This document shows, one piece after another, positions 1-10,600 of a DNA stretch of 64,000 nt. The notes beneath the pieces are model-generated. The model did not search any database, was not told the DNA's origin, and was given only the letters and a program-made list of their open reading frames with translations. Location of the stretch: NCBI GenBank assembly GCA_965203095.1, contig OZ241877.1, positions 1,472,001 to 1,536,000 on the forward strand. Direction: 5' to 3'. The stretch comes from Bdellovibrionales bacterium (GTDB lineage: Bacteria; Bdellovibrionota; Bdellovibrionia; Bdellovibrionales; UBA1609). Made by a program: the position numbers and the translations under genes. How positions within the stretch are numbered: position 1 is the stretch's first letter; each line of letters opens with the position of its first letter.

Positions 1-1062
1 GGGGCAAACCACTTGGCCCTTATAAACATTTAAGCCTTTTTTAAGAAAAGGATTTTCCCTCAGAGCCTTTTTAAAACCTTTTGTAGCTATCTCCAGGATA
101 TAGGGGAAGCTCACATTTGTAAGAGCATGAGTAGAAGTGATGGGGACAGCACTGGGAATATTGGGCACACAGTAATGAATCACATCATAAAGGTTGTAAA
201 TAGGTTTTTCGTGAGAAGTGGGGCGAGCAGTTTCCACACAGCCCCCCTGATCGATGGAAATATCTGCCACAACACTTTTTTTAGGCATAGCTTGAATCAT
301 CTCTTTAGTGATGAGCTTAGGGGCTTTTCGCCCTTTAAGTAAAACCGCCCCAATTAATAGATCGGTTTTTTTAAGAGAGGACAAAATGTTTTCCTTATTA
401 GAGATTAAAAGTTGAACATTCTGACCTTTAAAAATTTGAGAAAGCTTTTTTAAACGATTTTTGTCAATGTCTAAAATAGTGACTCTTGCGGATAAAGCCA
501 AGGCTGTTTTTGCAGAGTGAACACCAGCAGTCCCTCCCCCAAGGACAGTGACTTGCACTGGCTCTGCCCCCGCTACAGGTCCAGCTAAAATGCCTTTCCC
601 CCCAACAAATTTTTGCAAATAATAAAGACCATTTTGAAGAGCCACACAGCCAGCCACCTGGCTCATAGGGGTTAAAAGTGGCAAAGCCCCTTCATGATTT
701 TCAATCGTTTCGTAAGCTATGGCCACAGTTTTTTTAGAACAAAGGGCAGAGGTGAGTTGAGGTTCTGCCGCCAAGTGCAAAAAAGTAAAGATAATTTGAT
801 CCTCCTTAAAAAAATTATATTCTTCAGGAAGAGGCTCTTTAACTTTGACGATCATTTCTGATCGGCGGTAAACTTCTTCTAAACTCGTGACAAGCTCTGC
901 TCCAGCTTTTAAATAAGCGGAGTCGGGGATCCCGCTCTCTAAACCTGCCTTTTTTTGGACTATGAGCTTATGCCCTTTTTGACAGAGTTGGCGGGCATTT
1001 TTATCCGTCAATCCCACCCGGAACTCTGAGTTCTTGATTTCTTTAGGAAGACCAATAATCAA
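1..1062 (-). CDS. ald: alanine dehydrogenase (3' end runs off the window; absent from ORF track)
   Basis: Manual translation from TTG at 1062 with AGGAG upstream: MIIGLPKEIKNSEFRVGLT...MIVKVKEP...FTFLHLAA...PLLTPMSQVAG...GGGTAG...DVSIDQGG. Confidence 0.93.
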   Translation of the reverse strand, partial: MIIGLPKEIKNSEFRVGLTDKNARQLCQKGHKLIVQKKAGLESGIPDSAYLKAGAELVTSLEEVYRRSEMIVKVKEPLPEEYNFFKEDQIIFTFLHLAAEPQLTSALCSKKTVAIAYETIENHEGALPLLTPMSQVAGCVALQNGLYYLQKFVGGKGILAGPVAGAEPVQVTVLGGGTAGVHSAKTALALSARVTILDIDKNRLKKLSQIFKGQNVQLLISNKENILSSLKKTDLLIGAVLLKGRKAPKLITKEMIQAMPKKSVVADISIDQGGCVETARPTSHEKPIYNLYDVIHYCVPNIPSAVPITSTHALTNVSFPYILEIATKGFKKALRENPFLKKGLNVYKGQVVCP

Positions 1063-1073
1063 AACAATACTCC

Positions 1074-2075
1074 TTATTTTTTAAATTCCTGAGAGATAAA
1101 ATTCTCTCCTTTAGAAGTTAAGACTCGGCCTCTGGGGGTTTTCCTTATAAAACCCTGCCGAATCAAATAAGGTTCGTAAAAATCCTCTAAGGTGTCGGCC
1201 TCTTCGCTTAAAGCGGAGGAGAGGGTATCTATACCCACAGGTTTTCCAGAAAAATTAAAATGAAGGCTTTTTAAAATTTCCATATCTAAACGGTTCAAAC
1301 CCAATTTGTTTATCCCTAATTCTGTTAAAGCATGATGAGCCAGCTCTTTATCAATCCGATCCTTTTTAGCTACTTGTGCATAATCCCTTATTCGCCTTAA
1401 AAGGCGATTGACAATTCGAGGTGTCCCGCGACTTCTTTCAGATATCTCTTTAGCACCAGAGGGGCTGAGCTGTATTTTAAGAAGCTTAGCCGATCGCTTG
1501 GCAATAGCACAAAGAGAATCCCTGTTATAATAATCCAGCCTCTCCATAATGCCAAAGCGATCTCGGAAAGGAGCTTTTAAAAGTCCAGTTCTGGTTGTGG
1601 CACCAATCAAAGTGAAAGGGGAGAGTTGGAAACGAACAGAATGGGCCCCCAGCCCTTCACCGGTCACAATGTCAATAAAAAAATCCTCCATAGCACTGTA
1701 AAGGTATTCTTCCAAATCAGAGCTGAGGCGATGAATTTCATCAATAAAAAAAACCGATCGAGGTGTTAATGTTGTAAGGAGAGAGGCCAGATCCCCCTTT
1801 CTCCTTATAGCTGGTCCTGAAGTGCTTACATAATCCACTTTCATACTGTCGGCAATAATGCGAGCTAAAGTGGTTTTACCCAACCCCGGAGGGCCGGAGA
1901 GCAGGGTGTGATCTAAAGGCTCTTTTCGCTCTAAGGTCGCAGATACAAAAACCTTCAGCTGTTTTTTGATAAAATCCTGACCCGGAAACTCATCAAAGTT
2001 TTTTGGCCGAAGGGCCCTTTCCATCTGCCGGTCCTCTGATTGCCGATTCAAGCCCAAAAGGGATTTTGTGGTCAT
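1074..2075 (-). CDS. ruvB: Holliday junction branch migration helicase RuvB
   Basis: LRPKNFDEFPGQ, Walker A GPPGLGKTT, FIDEIHRL, GATTR, RGTPR, EPYL, KTPRGR. Confidence 0.97.
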   Translation of the reverse strand: MTTKSLLGLNRQSEDRQMERALRPKNFDEFPGQDFIKKQLKVFVSATLERKEPLDHTLLSGPPGLGKTTLARIIADSMKVDYVSTSGPAIRRKGDLASLLTTLTPRSVFFIDEIHRLSSDLEEYLYSAMEDFFIDIVTGEGLGAHSVRFQLSPFTLIGATTRTGLLKAPFRDRFGIMERLDYYNRDSLCAIAKRSAKLLKIQLSPSGAKEISERSRGTPRIVNRLLRRIRDYAQVAKKDRIDKELAHHALTELGINKLGLNRLDMEILKSLHFNFSGKPVGIDTLSSALSEEADTLEDFYEPYLIRQGFIRKTPRGRVLTSKGENFISQEFKK

Positions 2076-2321
2076 AACCTATCCTTGCAAGAAGTGAATG
2101 CTCAACTAAAATAATATAGTGCTTTTATATAGAAAAACCTTTAAAAATTCAAATCAAAATCTTGCATTCAGTCCATAAGAGGAGTTTGTCAAGTTTTTTT
2201 TAGCCATATCATAGGGACTGAGCAGAAGTTCAGTTCGCTAAGAGGCTTTTTTCGGGTTTTTTCTCAAGATTAAGGAAAGTCATTGGTTTTTTATCCAAAA
2301 TCGCTTTTAATAGGGGAAATT

Positions 2322-3134
2322 ATGAAAAAGCTTTTTTCTGCCTTATTGGACATTTTATTAAAGGCTTTGCGTGTCAAATCCGCATTTCAGTTCTTAAAAA
2401 AACATAAGCCTTTTCTTATCACCCTTTTAGTCGCCTTGGCTATTGTTTTCATAGAATGGTTTAAAAGCTTTGATACTGCTGAACTTATGGAAAACAAAAA
2501 ACTCCTTTTGTCCTGGGTCGAAGGGCGACCTTTAATTTCCAGCCTGTCCTTTTTTCTTGTTTATTTTTTTATTTCTGTTTTGAGCTTTCCGGGGACAGCT
2601 GTTTTGAGCATAATTAGTGGCTTTTTGTTTGGCTTTTTTAAAGGAACTTTGCTTTCCCTTTTGGCTGTCAGTATAGGTTCAGGCACTGCTTTTTTGCTCA
2701 CTCGGTTTTTTCTAAAAGATTTTTTTATTAAAAAGGGTGGGGCCAAAATGCAAAAAATCTATAAAATTTTAGAAAAAGATGAAATGTATTATTTGTTTGC
2801 ACTGAGGCTTTTCCCTTTCATCCCTCTTTTTTTTACCAATATTGCTATGGCTTTGTCCTCTATGAGCTGGGGGGCTTTTTTTGCTGTCAGTTTTTTATCT
2901 TTACTTCCCTCAATGGCCATTTATGCCAATATGGGCACCCAGCTTTCTTATTTGGAGGATTGGCGAGGGCTTTCTGACCCTGGCCTTTTAACGGCTTTTG
3001 CACTTATAGGCTTATTCCCTTTATTTGTTCGGCTGGGATTACGGTTCTTTAAAAAACTCAAAAAATCTAAAGAGGGTTTGTCAATAGATATGGTAGCGGG
3101 AAAGGGATTTGAACCCCCGACACATGGATTATGA
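2322..3134 (+). CDS. TVP38/TMEM64 (DedA/VTT) family membrane protein; 3' end overlaps tRNA-Met antisense
   Basis: Hydrophobic; SFPGTAVLSIISGFLFG and LRLFPFIP motifs; ATG at 2322 after AGGGGA preferred over 2283. Confidence 0.85.
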   Translation: MKKLFSALLDILLKALRVKSAFQFLKKHKPFLITLLVALAIVFIEWFKSFDTAELMENKKLLLSWVEGRPLISSLSFFLVYFFISVLSFPGTAVLSIISGFLFGFFKGTLLSLLAVSIGSGTAFLLTRFFLKDFFIKKGGAKMQKIYKILEKDEMYYLFALRLFPFIPLFFTNIAMALSSMSWGAFFAVSFLSLLPSMAIYANMGTQLSYLEDWRGLSDPGLLTAFALIGLFPLFVRLGLRFFKKLKKSKEGLSIDMVAGKGFEPPTHGL

Positions 3135-3167
3135 TTCCACTGCTCTAACCACCTGAGCTATCCCGCC
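3091..3167 (-). tRNA. tRNA-Met (CAT), probably elongator
   Basis: Minus strand GGCGGGATAGCTCAGGTGGTTAGAGCAGTGGAATCATAATCCATGTGTCGGGGGTTCAAATCCCTTTCCCGCTACCA; cloverleaf, CAT anticodon, encoded CCA. Confidence 0.93.
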
Positions 3168-3277
3168 ACTATTTAATGTTTATAGGATGAAGTTCAAAAT
3201 TTCAATAAAATCCTTTGGAAAAAACTGGACTCTATTGAGATCTGGTATTACTGTCTTTAAATTGAAAGGGATGGGCT

Positions 3278-3724
3278 ATGTTAAAAAGAGCTATAATTGT
3301 TTTGTTCCTGCTAATATTGGGGACTTCTTGCACCCATACAGAGGAGGGTCTGAATAGTCGGTCTTTCCCAGTGCATAAGGATAAGGTTTGGGAGGTTTTA
3401 GTTGCTGTTTTAAAATCTTACCCTTTAAAGACTATTGATGAGCAGAGTGGCTATATTGAGACAAAAAGGCTGAGATCCCAGCAATTTTGGAAAGCACCTC
3501 ATCAAAAAGACCAGGATCTGACCGGATACAGCTCTGTTATCACTATCACTTTAAATTATGAAGAACCTATATCCACTGTCTCTATTGATAAAAAGGTTTA
3601 TAAGCAAGAAGGTTTTATTTCCCGTGAGGAGGAGATTCCCTCTGATTTGTTGGAAGAGAGCATTTTACTTTATCGAGTGGAGCGGGAGTTAAGCATTAGA
3701 TCCCGTTTGAGCCGATGGCATTAG
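3278..3724 (+). CDS. lipoprotein, possibly BamC-like
   Basis: Lipobox GTSC after hydrophobic signal; KVWE..L..YPLKTIDEQSGYIET pattern. Confidence 0.6.
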   Translation: MLKRAIIVLFLLILGTSCTHTEEGLNSRSFPVHKDKVWEVLVAVLKSYPLKTIDEQSGYIETKRLRSQQFWKAPHQKDQDLTGYSSVITITLNYEEPISTVSIDKKVYKQEGFISREEEIPSDLLEESILLYRVERELSIRSRLSRWH

Positions 3725-3729
3725 GTTTT

Positions 3730-5151
3730 TTATAAGTCTTTGTCGTAGGGGGATTTGATCCCTTTTTTCTTTATTTTTTCAATTAAAGTGGTCCGATTTA
3801 AGTTTAAAAGCCGGGCCGCTCTTCTCTTGTTCCAGTTGGTTTTTTGAAGAGCCTTTGTGAGGAGGGAGTCTTCACAAGCGGTTATTGCACTGTTAAAATC
3901 CATACCTTCATTAGGTATTTCAATGGTTTTCAAAGGGTTAATTTGTGTCTCTTTCTTAATGTATTTTTTAGGCAGTTCTTGAACACTTATTTCTCCCTCT
4001 TCTTTAAATACACAAAGCCTTTCAATTAAATTTTCCAGCTCCCGGATATTCCCCGGCCAAGGGCAACTGCACAAGCAGTTTAAAGCCGAGTCGGATAAAG
4101 TGATTTTCCCCTTCCCCATTTTTTTTAAAAAGCACTGGATCAAGAGGGGAATGTCTTGCCTCCTCTCTCTAAGAGGAGAGATAAATAAAGGGATAATGTT
4201 GAGCCGATAGTAAAGGTCTTCTCTAAATTCTCCTTTTTCCACTGCTTTTTCTAAATCCACATTTGTAGCCGCAATGATTCGAGCTTTTACAGGGAGATCT
4301 TCCGATCCTCCTACAGGACGAAAGGCCCTTTCCTGAAGGACTCTTAAAAGTTTGACCTGCAAGCTTAAGTCCATAGCTCCAATTTCATCTAAAAATAAAG
4401 AGCCGTCCTCTGCTGTGGAAAAATAACCTCTGTGATGCTGGACAGCACCTGTAAAAGAACCTTTTCGATGGCCAAAAAATTCACTTTCTAAAAGATCTTT
4501 AGGGATAGCCCCGCAATTTACACTCACAAAAGGCTTATCACTGTTTTTGCAAGAATGGATGCTCCGGGCCACCAGCTCTTTTCCCGTTCCGCTTTCCCCT
4601 GTAATTAAGACATTGGACGAGCTTTTTGCTATTTTGCGAAGGGACTCTGTGAGTTGCAAAATGGCCTGGCTTTGGCCAATGATCTGATCAAAATGAAATT
4701 GTTTTTTGATGTTGGCCTTAAGATTTTTGTTTTGATCCATAAGGTCCTTTTGCTGAAAAACTTTTTTGACAAGATGGAGCATGGCTGGTGGCTCAAAGGG
4801 TTTGGGTATAAAGTAAAAAATGCCTTTGTGAATGGCTGTGACAATGGTAATATGGATGGAGTGCTCTCCAGTGATTAAAATGGATTGTAATAGTGGTTGC
4901 TCTTTTTTTAGGGAAGAGATCAGATCCACACCACTTCCGTCTCTTAAGTTGAGATCCACGATAGCGAGATCCAATTTTAAAGAGGGGGCCATAAGCTGGG
5001 CTGATTTAAGCCCGCTGGCCACGGTAATACTATAATAGGGCTTATTTAAAAGGCTTTTTAAAGCCAGCCGTAAAGAGGGATCATCATCAACAATTAAAAT
5101 ATTCCTTAACATTTTTTTAGAATACTTAAAAAAATCCTTTTTTAGTGCCAA
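3730..5151 (-). CDS. sigma-54-dependent response regulator (NtrC family: REC-AAA+-Fis HTH)
   Basis: ILIVDDD receiver, GESGTGKE, GSFTGA (GAFTGA variant), FLDEIG, FREDLYYRLN, WPGNIREL, C-terminal HTH. Confidence 0.95.
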   Translation of the reverse strand: MALKKDFFKYSKKMLRNILIVDDDPSLRLALKSLLNKPYYSITVASGLKSAQLMAPSLKLDLAIVDLNLRDGSGVDLISSLKKEQPLLQSILITGEHSIHITIVTAIHKGIFYFIPKPFEPPAMLHLVKKVFQQKDLMDQNKNLKANIKKQFHFDQIIGQSQAILQLTESLRKIAKSSSNVLITGESGTGKELVARSIHSCKNSDKPFVSVNCGAIPKDLLESEFFGHRKGSFTGAVQHHRGYFSTAEDGSLFLDEIGAMDLSLQVKLLRVLQERAFRPVGGSEDLPVKARIIAATNVDLEKAVEKGEFREDLYYRLNIIPLFISPLRERRQDIPLLIQCFLKKMGKGKITLSDSALNCLCSCPWPGNIRELENLIERLCVFKEEGEISVQELPKKYIKKETQINPLKTIEIPNEGMDFNSAITACEDSLLTKALQKTNWNKRRAARLLNLNRTTLIEKIKKKGIKSPYDKDL

Positions 5152-5280
5152 CTTTCTTTAAAAACTGGACGAATTTTTTTAAAACTCAAAAAAAAGAAGG
5201 TTCTGCTCCTTCTTTCAGAAAAGCTTTATTTAGCAAAACAAAGCTTGATCTTTTTCAGGGCTGGTTTTATAGAGTTTTTT

Positions 5281-5748
5281 ATGCCTTCTTGTTCTCGTTT
5301 TTGGCTTATGAAGTCGGAGCCTAACTCTTACTCCATACAGGATTTAAAAAGGGATAAAAAAGCCTTTTGGGATGGCGTGAGGAACTATCAGGCCCGGAAT
5401 TTCATGATGCAGGATATGCAAGTGGGGGATAAGGTTTTGTTTTATCATTCCAACGCTCGTCCTCCTGGGGTGGCGGGCTTGGCTTTTGTCTGTGAACCGG
5501 CAAAAGCCGATCCCACATCTTGGGACAAAAACTCTCAGTATTATGATCCTCGATCTTCAAAAGTCTGCCCCCGATGGTTTGCTGTAACAGTTCAGTTTGT
5601 AAGGGCTTTCCCAAAAATTATATCCATAGGGAGTTTGAGGGCGGAGAAGGCTTTAAAAAATTTACTTCTTTTAAAAAAAGGCCAGAGGCTTTCCGTTTTG
5701 CCGGTGAGCCCAAGGGAATATGATCATATAGTTAAGATGGCTTTATAG
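5281..5748 (+). CDS. EVE domain protein
   Basis: WLMKSEP, WDGVRNYQARNF, GDKVLFYHS, RLSVLPV. Confidence 0.93.
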   Translation: MPSCSRFWLMKSEPNSYSIQDLKRDKKAFWDGVRNYQARNFMMQDMQVGDKVLFYHSNARPPGVAGLAFVCEPAKADPTSWDKNSQYYDPRSSKVCPRWFAVTVQFVRAFPKIISIGSLRAEKALKNLLLLKKGQRLSVLPVSPREYDHIVKMAL

Positions 5749-5769
5749 GCTGTCTCACAAAAATATATA

Positions 5770-7617
5770 ATGGAAGAAAACGGTAAAAAAACACAACTCA
5801 GCTGGATCACTTCTGCAGGAATTGTAGGGGCAGATATTGGCACTTCGGTATTTTACAGCACAGGGATACTGTTCCCCATTGTGGGTTATTTTGCCCCTCT
5901 TTTTGTTTTGATTGTTTGCCTTTCCATGTGGATTTTTAAGAAAACTTATGAGGAAGGCTTAGCTATGTCCCCCAGGAATGGGGGGGCTTACTCCATGATT
6001 TTGAGAACTATGGGGCGAAGGGCGGCGGTGGCCGCTGGAGCTTTAACTTTTGTCTCTTACTTGGCCACTTCAGCAGTCAGCTCCCTTGCGGGGAGTTATT
6101 ATATATGCTCCCTGTTTGGTTCAGATATATCTTTAACTGCTGTGGTTTTGTTGTCTTTTGTTCCGATTTTATTTTTTGGTTTTTTAAACACCAAAGGCAT
6201 TAAAGAGCCGGCAAAAATCGTCACAGGCATTGCTGGTTTTCATTTTGTTTTTCTTTTTGTGATAGGGATATGGGGCTTGATTTATCTTTTATTTCATTTT
6301 CAAGACTTGAATTTGTCCAAATTTTTCACTGTTTTACCAGGGGGGCAGTCCTTCAGTTGGCCACTTTTAGCTTATGGTTTTTCCGCGGCTTTTTTAGGTA
6401 TTACTGGATTTGAATCCGCGGCACAAATTATCGAGTCTATGAAACAGCCTCAAATCAAAACTTTGGAAAAGCTTTATCGCACTGTCATTTTGGCAGTATC
6501 TTTTACAGCACCACTAATCTCTTTTATGTGTTTAGCCCTTTTGACACCGGAGGAAGTGGATCAAAACATCAACCATCTTTTGTCTGGTTTGACTTATAAA
6601 ATAGGTGGGAACCCTTTAAAAACGGTTTTAGTTATAAACGCCGGACTCACCCTTTTTGCCGCCAGCAATACAGCCCTTGTGGGCTTTGTGGGTTTGGCCG
6701 CTACAATGGCAAAAAACGGGAATCTCCCTCAATTTTTTTTAAAAAGGATCTCTCATAAATATCCCTCCATGGAGGGTTATCCTTATATCATTTTGCCTTT
6801 TATGCTGATCACAATGGGAATGTCGGCTTTAGTGGCGGGCGAAGTTCAAATCGCCGCGAAAGTTTATGGTATGGCCTTTCTTGGGGTTATGGTCAGCTTT
6901 GCTATAGGTGCTCTTTTAATGCGGAACAAGGGTTTTAGAAAATCCACTCCAATGGAATATTTATCTAAAAGACATATTGTTTATAGGGGGAAAATTTTGC
7001 CTTTGCCCTCCCTTTTAACAGCTTTCATATTGGGTTTTTCTTTTTTGGTTTTAATTGTGTATGCTAACTCTCAAGAGCTTTTTATGTTGACTTTTTTGTT
7101 GGCTGTCACTTCTCTTTTAATGGCTTTTTACCGATGGACTATTTTAGAAAAACGGCTGATGAGCCATTCTGATTTAAGGTTGGGCTTAGGCAAATATGCC
7201 CGGCAGTCCATATCAGAACTGCCGGACAATTTAGAAAAATATATCTTGTGTGTGGGGGCCGCTAAAACCCGAAGGCTGATTTTTAACACCTTGCAGAGGA
7301 TTAAAAGAACACGAAAAGGCCAGCCTTTTGAGTTGATTTTGTTTTATGCTGAAGATGAGGACATGGACGATAGTGAGATTTTTTATGAGCTTTTACAAAG
7401 GGTGGTTTCTCAACAGATTGCCCCCATTATAAAAAATGATCTGATTTTAACAGTAAAAATTTTACCGGGAAGTCTGATCGATGGTTTAAGTGCTCTTAAA
7501 AAAAGCATCCCATTTAATGAATTATTTTTTGGTGTAGGGCATGATCCCGCACACACTTACGAATTGAAAGAGGATATTTCTAAAGAGTTGGAAATATCCA
7601 TTACCAGCATCTATTGA
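5770..7617 (+). CDS. APC-family permease with soluble C-terminal domain
   Basis: About 12 hydrophobic segments; GADIGTSVFY, GGAY, GITGFESAAQ. Confidence 0.85.
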   Translation: MEENGKKTQLSWITSAGIVGADIGTSVFYSTGILFPIVGYFAPLFVLIVCLSMWIFKKTYEEGLAMSPRNGGAYSMILRTMGRRAAVAAGALTFVSYLATSAVSSLAGSYYICSLFGSDISLTAVVLLSFVPILFFGFLNTKGIKEPAKIVTGIAGFHFVFLFVIGIWGLIYLLFHFQDLNLSKFFTVLPGGQSFSWPLLAYGFSAAFLGITGFESAAQIIESMKQPQIKTLEKLYRTVILAVSFTAPLISFMCLALLTPEEVDQNINHLLSGLTYKIGGNPLKTVLVINAGLTLFAASNTALVGFVGLAATMAKNGNLPQFFLKRISHKYPSMEGYPYIILPFMLITMGMSALVAGEVQIAAKVYGMAFLGVMVSFAIGALLMRNKGFRKSTPMEYLSKRHIVYRGKILPLPSLLTAFILGFSFLVLIVYANSQELFMLTFLLAVTSLLMAFYRWTILEKRLMSHSDLRLGLGKYARQSISELPDNLEKYILCVGAAKTRRLIFNTLQRIKRTRKGQPFELILFYAEDEDMDDSEIFYELLQRVVSQQIAPIIKNDLILTVKILPGSLIDGLSALKKSIPFNELFFGVGHDPAHTYELKEDISKELEISITSIY

Positions 7618-7671
7618 CGATTGTAAAATGGGCTTGAGACTTGTTTTTTTTAAAACTTAAGTTTCCAGTGC

Positions 7672-10600
7672 TTATAGCTTTTTTTCAAGAGAGGATTTCA
7701 TGAGTAGAGGTTGAACTTGATGAAAAAAGCTGGTTAAACTCTGGTTAAGCTCAAAAACAATAGAATAGATCAAATAGGGCCAAGGTTGTTCATTTTTATC
7801 AAACATAGTGAGATTGTTTTCTAAAAAAGAAATCGCCCCATAGTGATCCCATGAGGGGATAGAGTGGGATAAAACATAAGACAAAATAGCATCCGGAGGC
7901 ATTAAAACAGGCAAGCCAGAACTCTGGTTTTTCAAGATGAGAAAGCGATCTCCGTTTTCTCCAAACTGATTTTTTAAAAACTCTTTTCCCTCTTCTTGAT
8001 AGCCTCTATCTAATTCCTTAAGTAAAGATTCATCGAGGGAATAAAAATAAGATTTTTTATCTTCCTTAAAGCTGTTGTGGTAAGACTGCAAAAGGGACAG
8101 GACTTCCCACTGCATTTTCTCAAAACCTGCAAGATCAAAGCCTTCCCAATCATAAAAAGATATCTGGTTTAAGGTCTTGCCACTACTCACCTCAACCTGC
8201 CCATTTAGACCTTCTAATCCCAAAGGTAGAGGATTATCACCTAAAGGAAGAATAGTTTTGAGCACATTCAGCCAATAATTCATTTGAAATAGAGCTATCT
8301 CCAAACCGGAAACTTCCCCTGAAAAGGAGGACAGATCAAAAAATATTCTGTTCCAACTGTAATAAGAACCAAAATCGGAAAGAGAGCTGTTTAAATTTAA
8401 AGGATTGTCTTTATTGATTATATTTTTATAATAATTATTGGTAAGAAGTTCTAAACTGTTGGCAAGTTTATGACCTGTATTCTGGATCTGATCTTGAGAA
8501 AGTTTTTTAAAATGAGACAACAGTTGTTTGACAGAAGAGTAATTTGTTTTTAAAAAATCCTCTATGGCGAGATAAAGATTTTCATAACTTTTTCTCTGCT
8601 TTTTGACCGGCCGGTGGAAAAGTATGTTGTGAAACTCCTCTTGGCTCTCTTCCACAAGATAAGACTCGTTAGAAGAACTTTCACAAAATTCTGAGAGAGC
8701 TTCAAACTGATGGCTTGTAAAGTTATAAATTGACATTTCTGATAAAGGGAAAAACTTTGGTGTCACAAAAGAGGCAGAGTGGGGGCCTCCGCACAAAAGA
8801 TTTCTAAAAAACAAATAGTAGTTGGAAGAAAGATTCAAATGCTCCTGTAGGCCATTGATCTCATCCGAATCCAAATAGGCTTTATTGGCGTCTAAGGCTT
8901 TTTTTGGGGAAAGGAAATAAGCCTCCCCTTTTTTATGAGTCTCTATCAGGGCGATTAAAGGCAAAATGGGTTGAAGAGCTGTCTGCATGAAAAGCTTATC
9001 TTCGTTTTCCTCTAATGAATGATGAGTGGAGATCATTTCCGGCACAAAAGGCTCTTTTAAGGTAGGAAGGGGAACTGTTTGAGGGCCATTAGATAGGCTT
9101 TTCAAAAGGTAAATACCAGTGCTCAAAAGTTTAATAGTTGAAATCTGTTGTAATTGTTGTTCGGAGTCAAAAAAGTGGAGGCAGGACTGGTATTCCTCTG
9201 ACTGCTGAGGGTAGTGAAAGGTGCATAACTCTTCTATCTCAGAGGGGGTCGGCTCAAAGCAGTGATTGAACAACAAAGCCTGATCCTCATTATTTTTATG
9301 ATCAGGAAAGCTACTGGAGCAATAATCCGTTTTAAATTTTAAAATTTCCTCTTTTGTCCAGTAAGATAAGCTGTCCTCATTCAATCCGGCCTTTATCAAA
9401 CTTTTAGCTATCTGAAACCTCTCCATATCAGACAAATTTTGAATAGAGTAATTGGGATCGGGGGAAAAGACTTCATCCAGATCCTTTCCCACATAGAGCA
9501 TAAAATTTTTACTTGGAGCTTGTCCTCTCCTTAAAGAGATTTCTATCCAGTTTTTATCTATTAACCGAGCTGTTTCATAAATGAGTTGGTGATTAAATTC
9601 TTGTAAAATATAAAAATTTTCGTTTTGGCAAAAATCACTGTAAATAATGAGATTCTTTTTCACTTGAGGGCAATATTTTTCTTTAAAAAGAGCTGGTTTT
9701 GAGATGAGTTGGCTGAGGGAGAAACTGGCGGGCCTGTTCAACTCATCCCAAGGCTTCATTTCGCGATCAGCTTTACTTTCCGGATCCCAGGGCCAAAGGC
9801 TTTGCATGTCGGTCTCTATTCCATAGTTAAAGTGGGAAAGGGTGAAAAGATCAGTTAACAGCTGGATAGAACCCTCGTAAGGAAGAAAGAGTTGATTTAA
9901 CTGCCGAGTCCACAAATAAGCCGACTGAATATGAGATTGGCCCTTAACCTGGATCCACTGTTGAAATTGATGGCCAATTCTCTTAGCTTTGTTGACAAAA
10001 TTTAATATCCCTTCTTCAGAAGGCAAAAGCCATTCAGAACTGTCCTGATCCAGGCTATGCATATAGGTCATTAAGTCATTTTTTAAACCTACAGCAGTCA
10101 GATGCTCCTTAATGGGCTGGCCGATCCACTCATCTAACACCTTGTGCAACTCCATAAACAAAAACAGATGGGCAAAAAAACCAATATAACCGCTGGCCCT
10201 TAAGCCTATAATTTTGGCCACTCGAATAAGAGCATTGGAACCCAAAGCTGTCCAACGGATCGCAGTTAAAACATAATTTAAAATTTTGTGGGATAGCACT
10301 CCTGATCCTACCAATGTAGCAATATCCACTGCATAATGTTTCCATTTGCCTGAGCTGGTCCATTGGAGATAAGAGCTTTCACAAGGGTCAATATGAAGGG
10401 GTATAGAGCTTTTTTTATTAGAGTAAAGTTCTTTAATGCACTGGTGTAAGTCTTTATCCTGAAAAAGCTCTTCAAAAAGGGTGACGATAAAAAAGGCTGT
10501 TCCTAATGCCACTCCTGGCGCCAATGATTTGCTATATTTGCCGTTAAAGTGGATAGGGCCTAATGCTCGGCCATCCATCCATCGCCCCAAGCCATATAAA

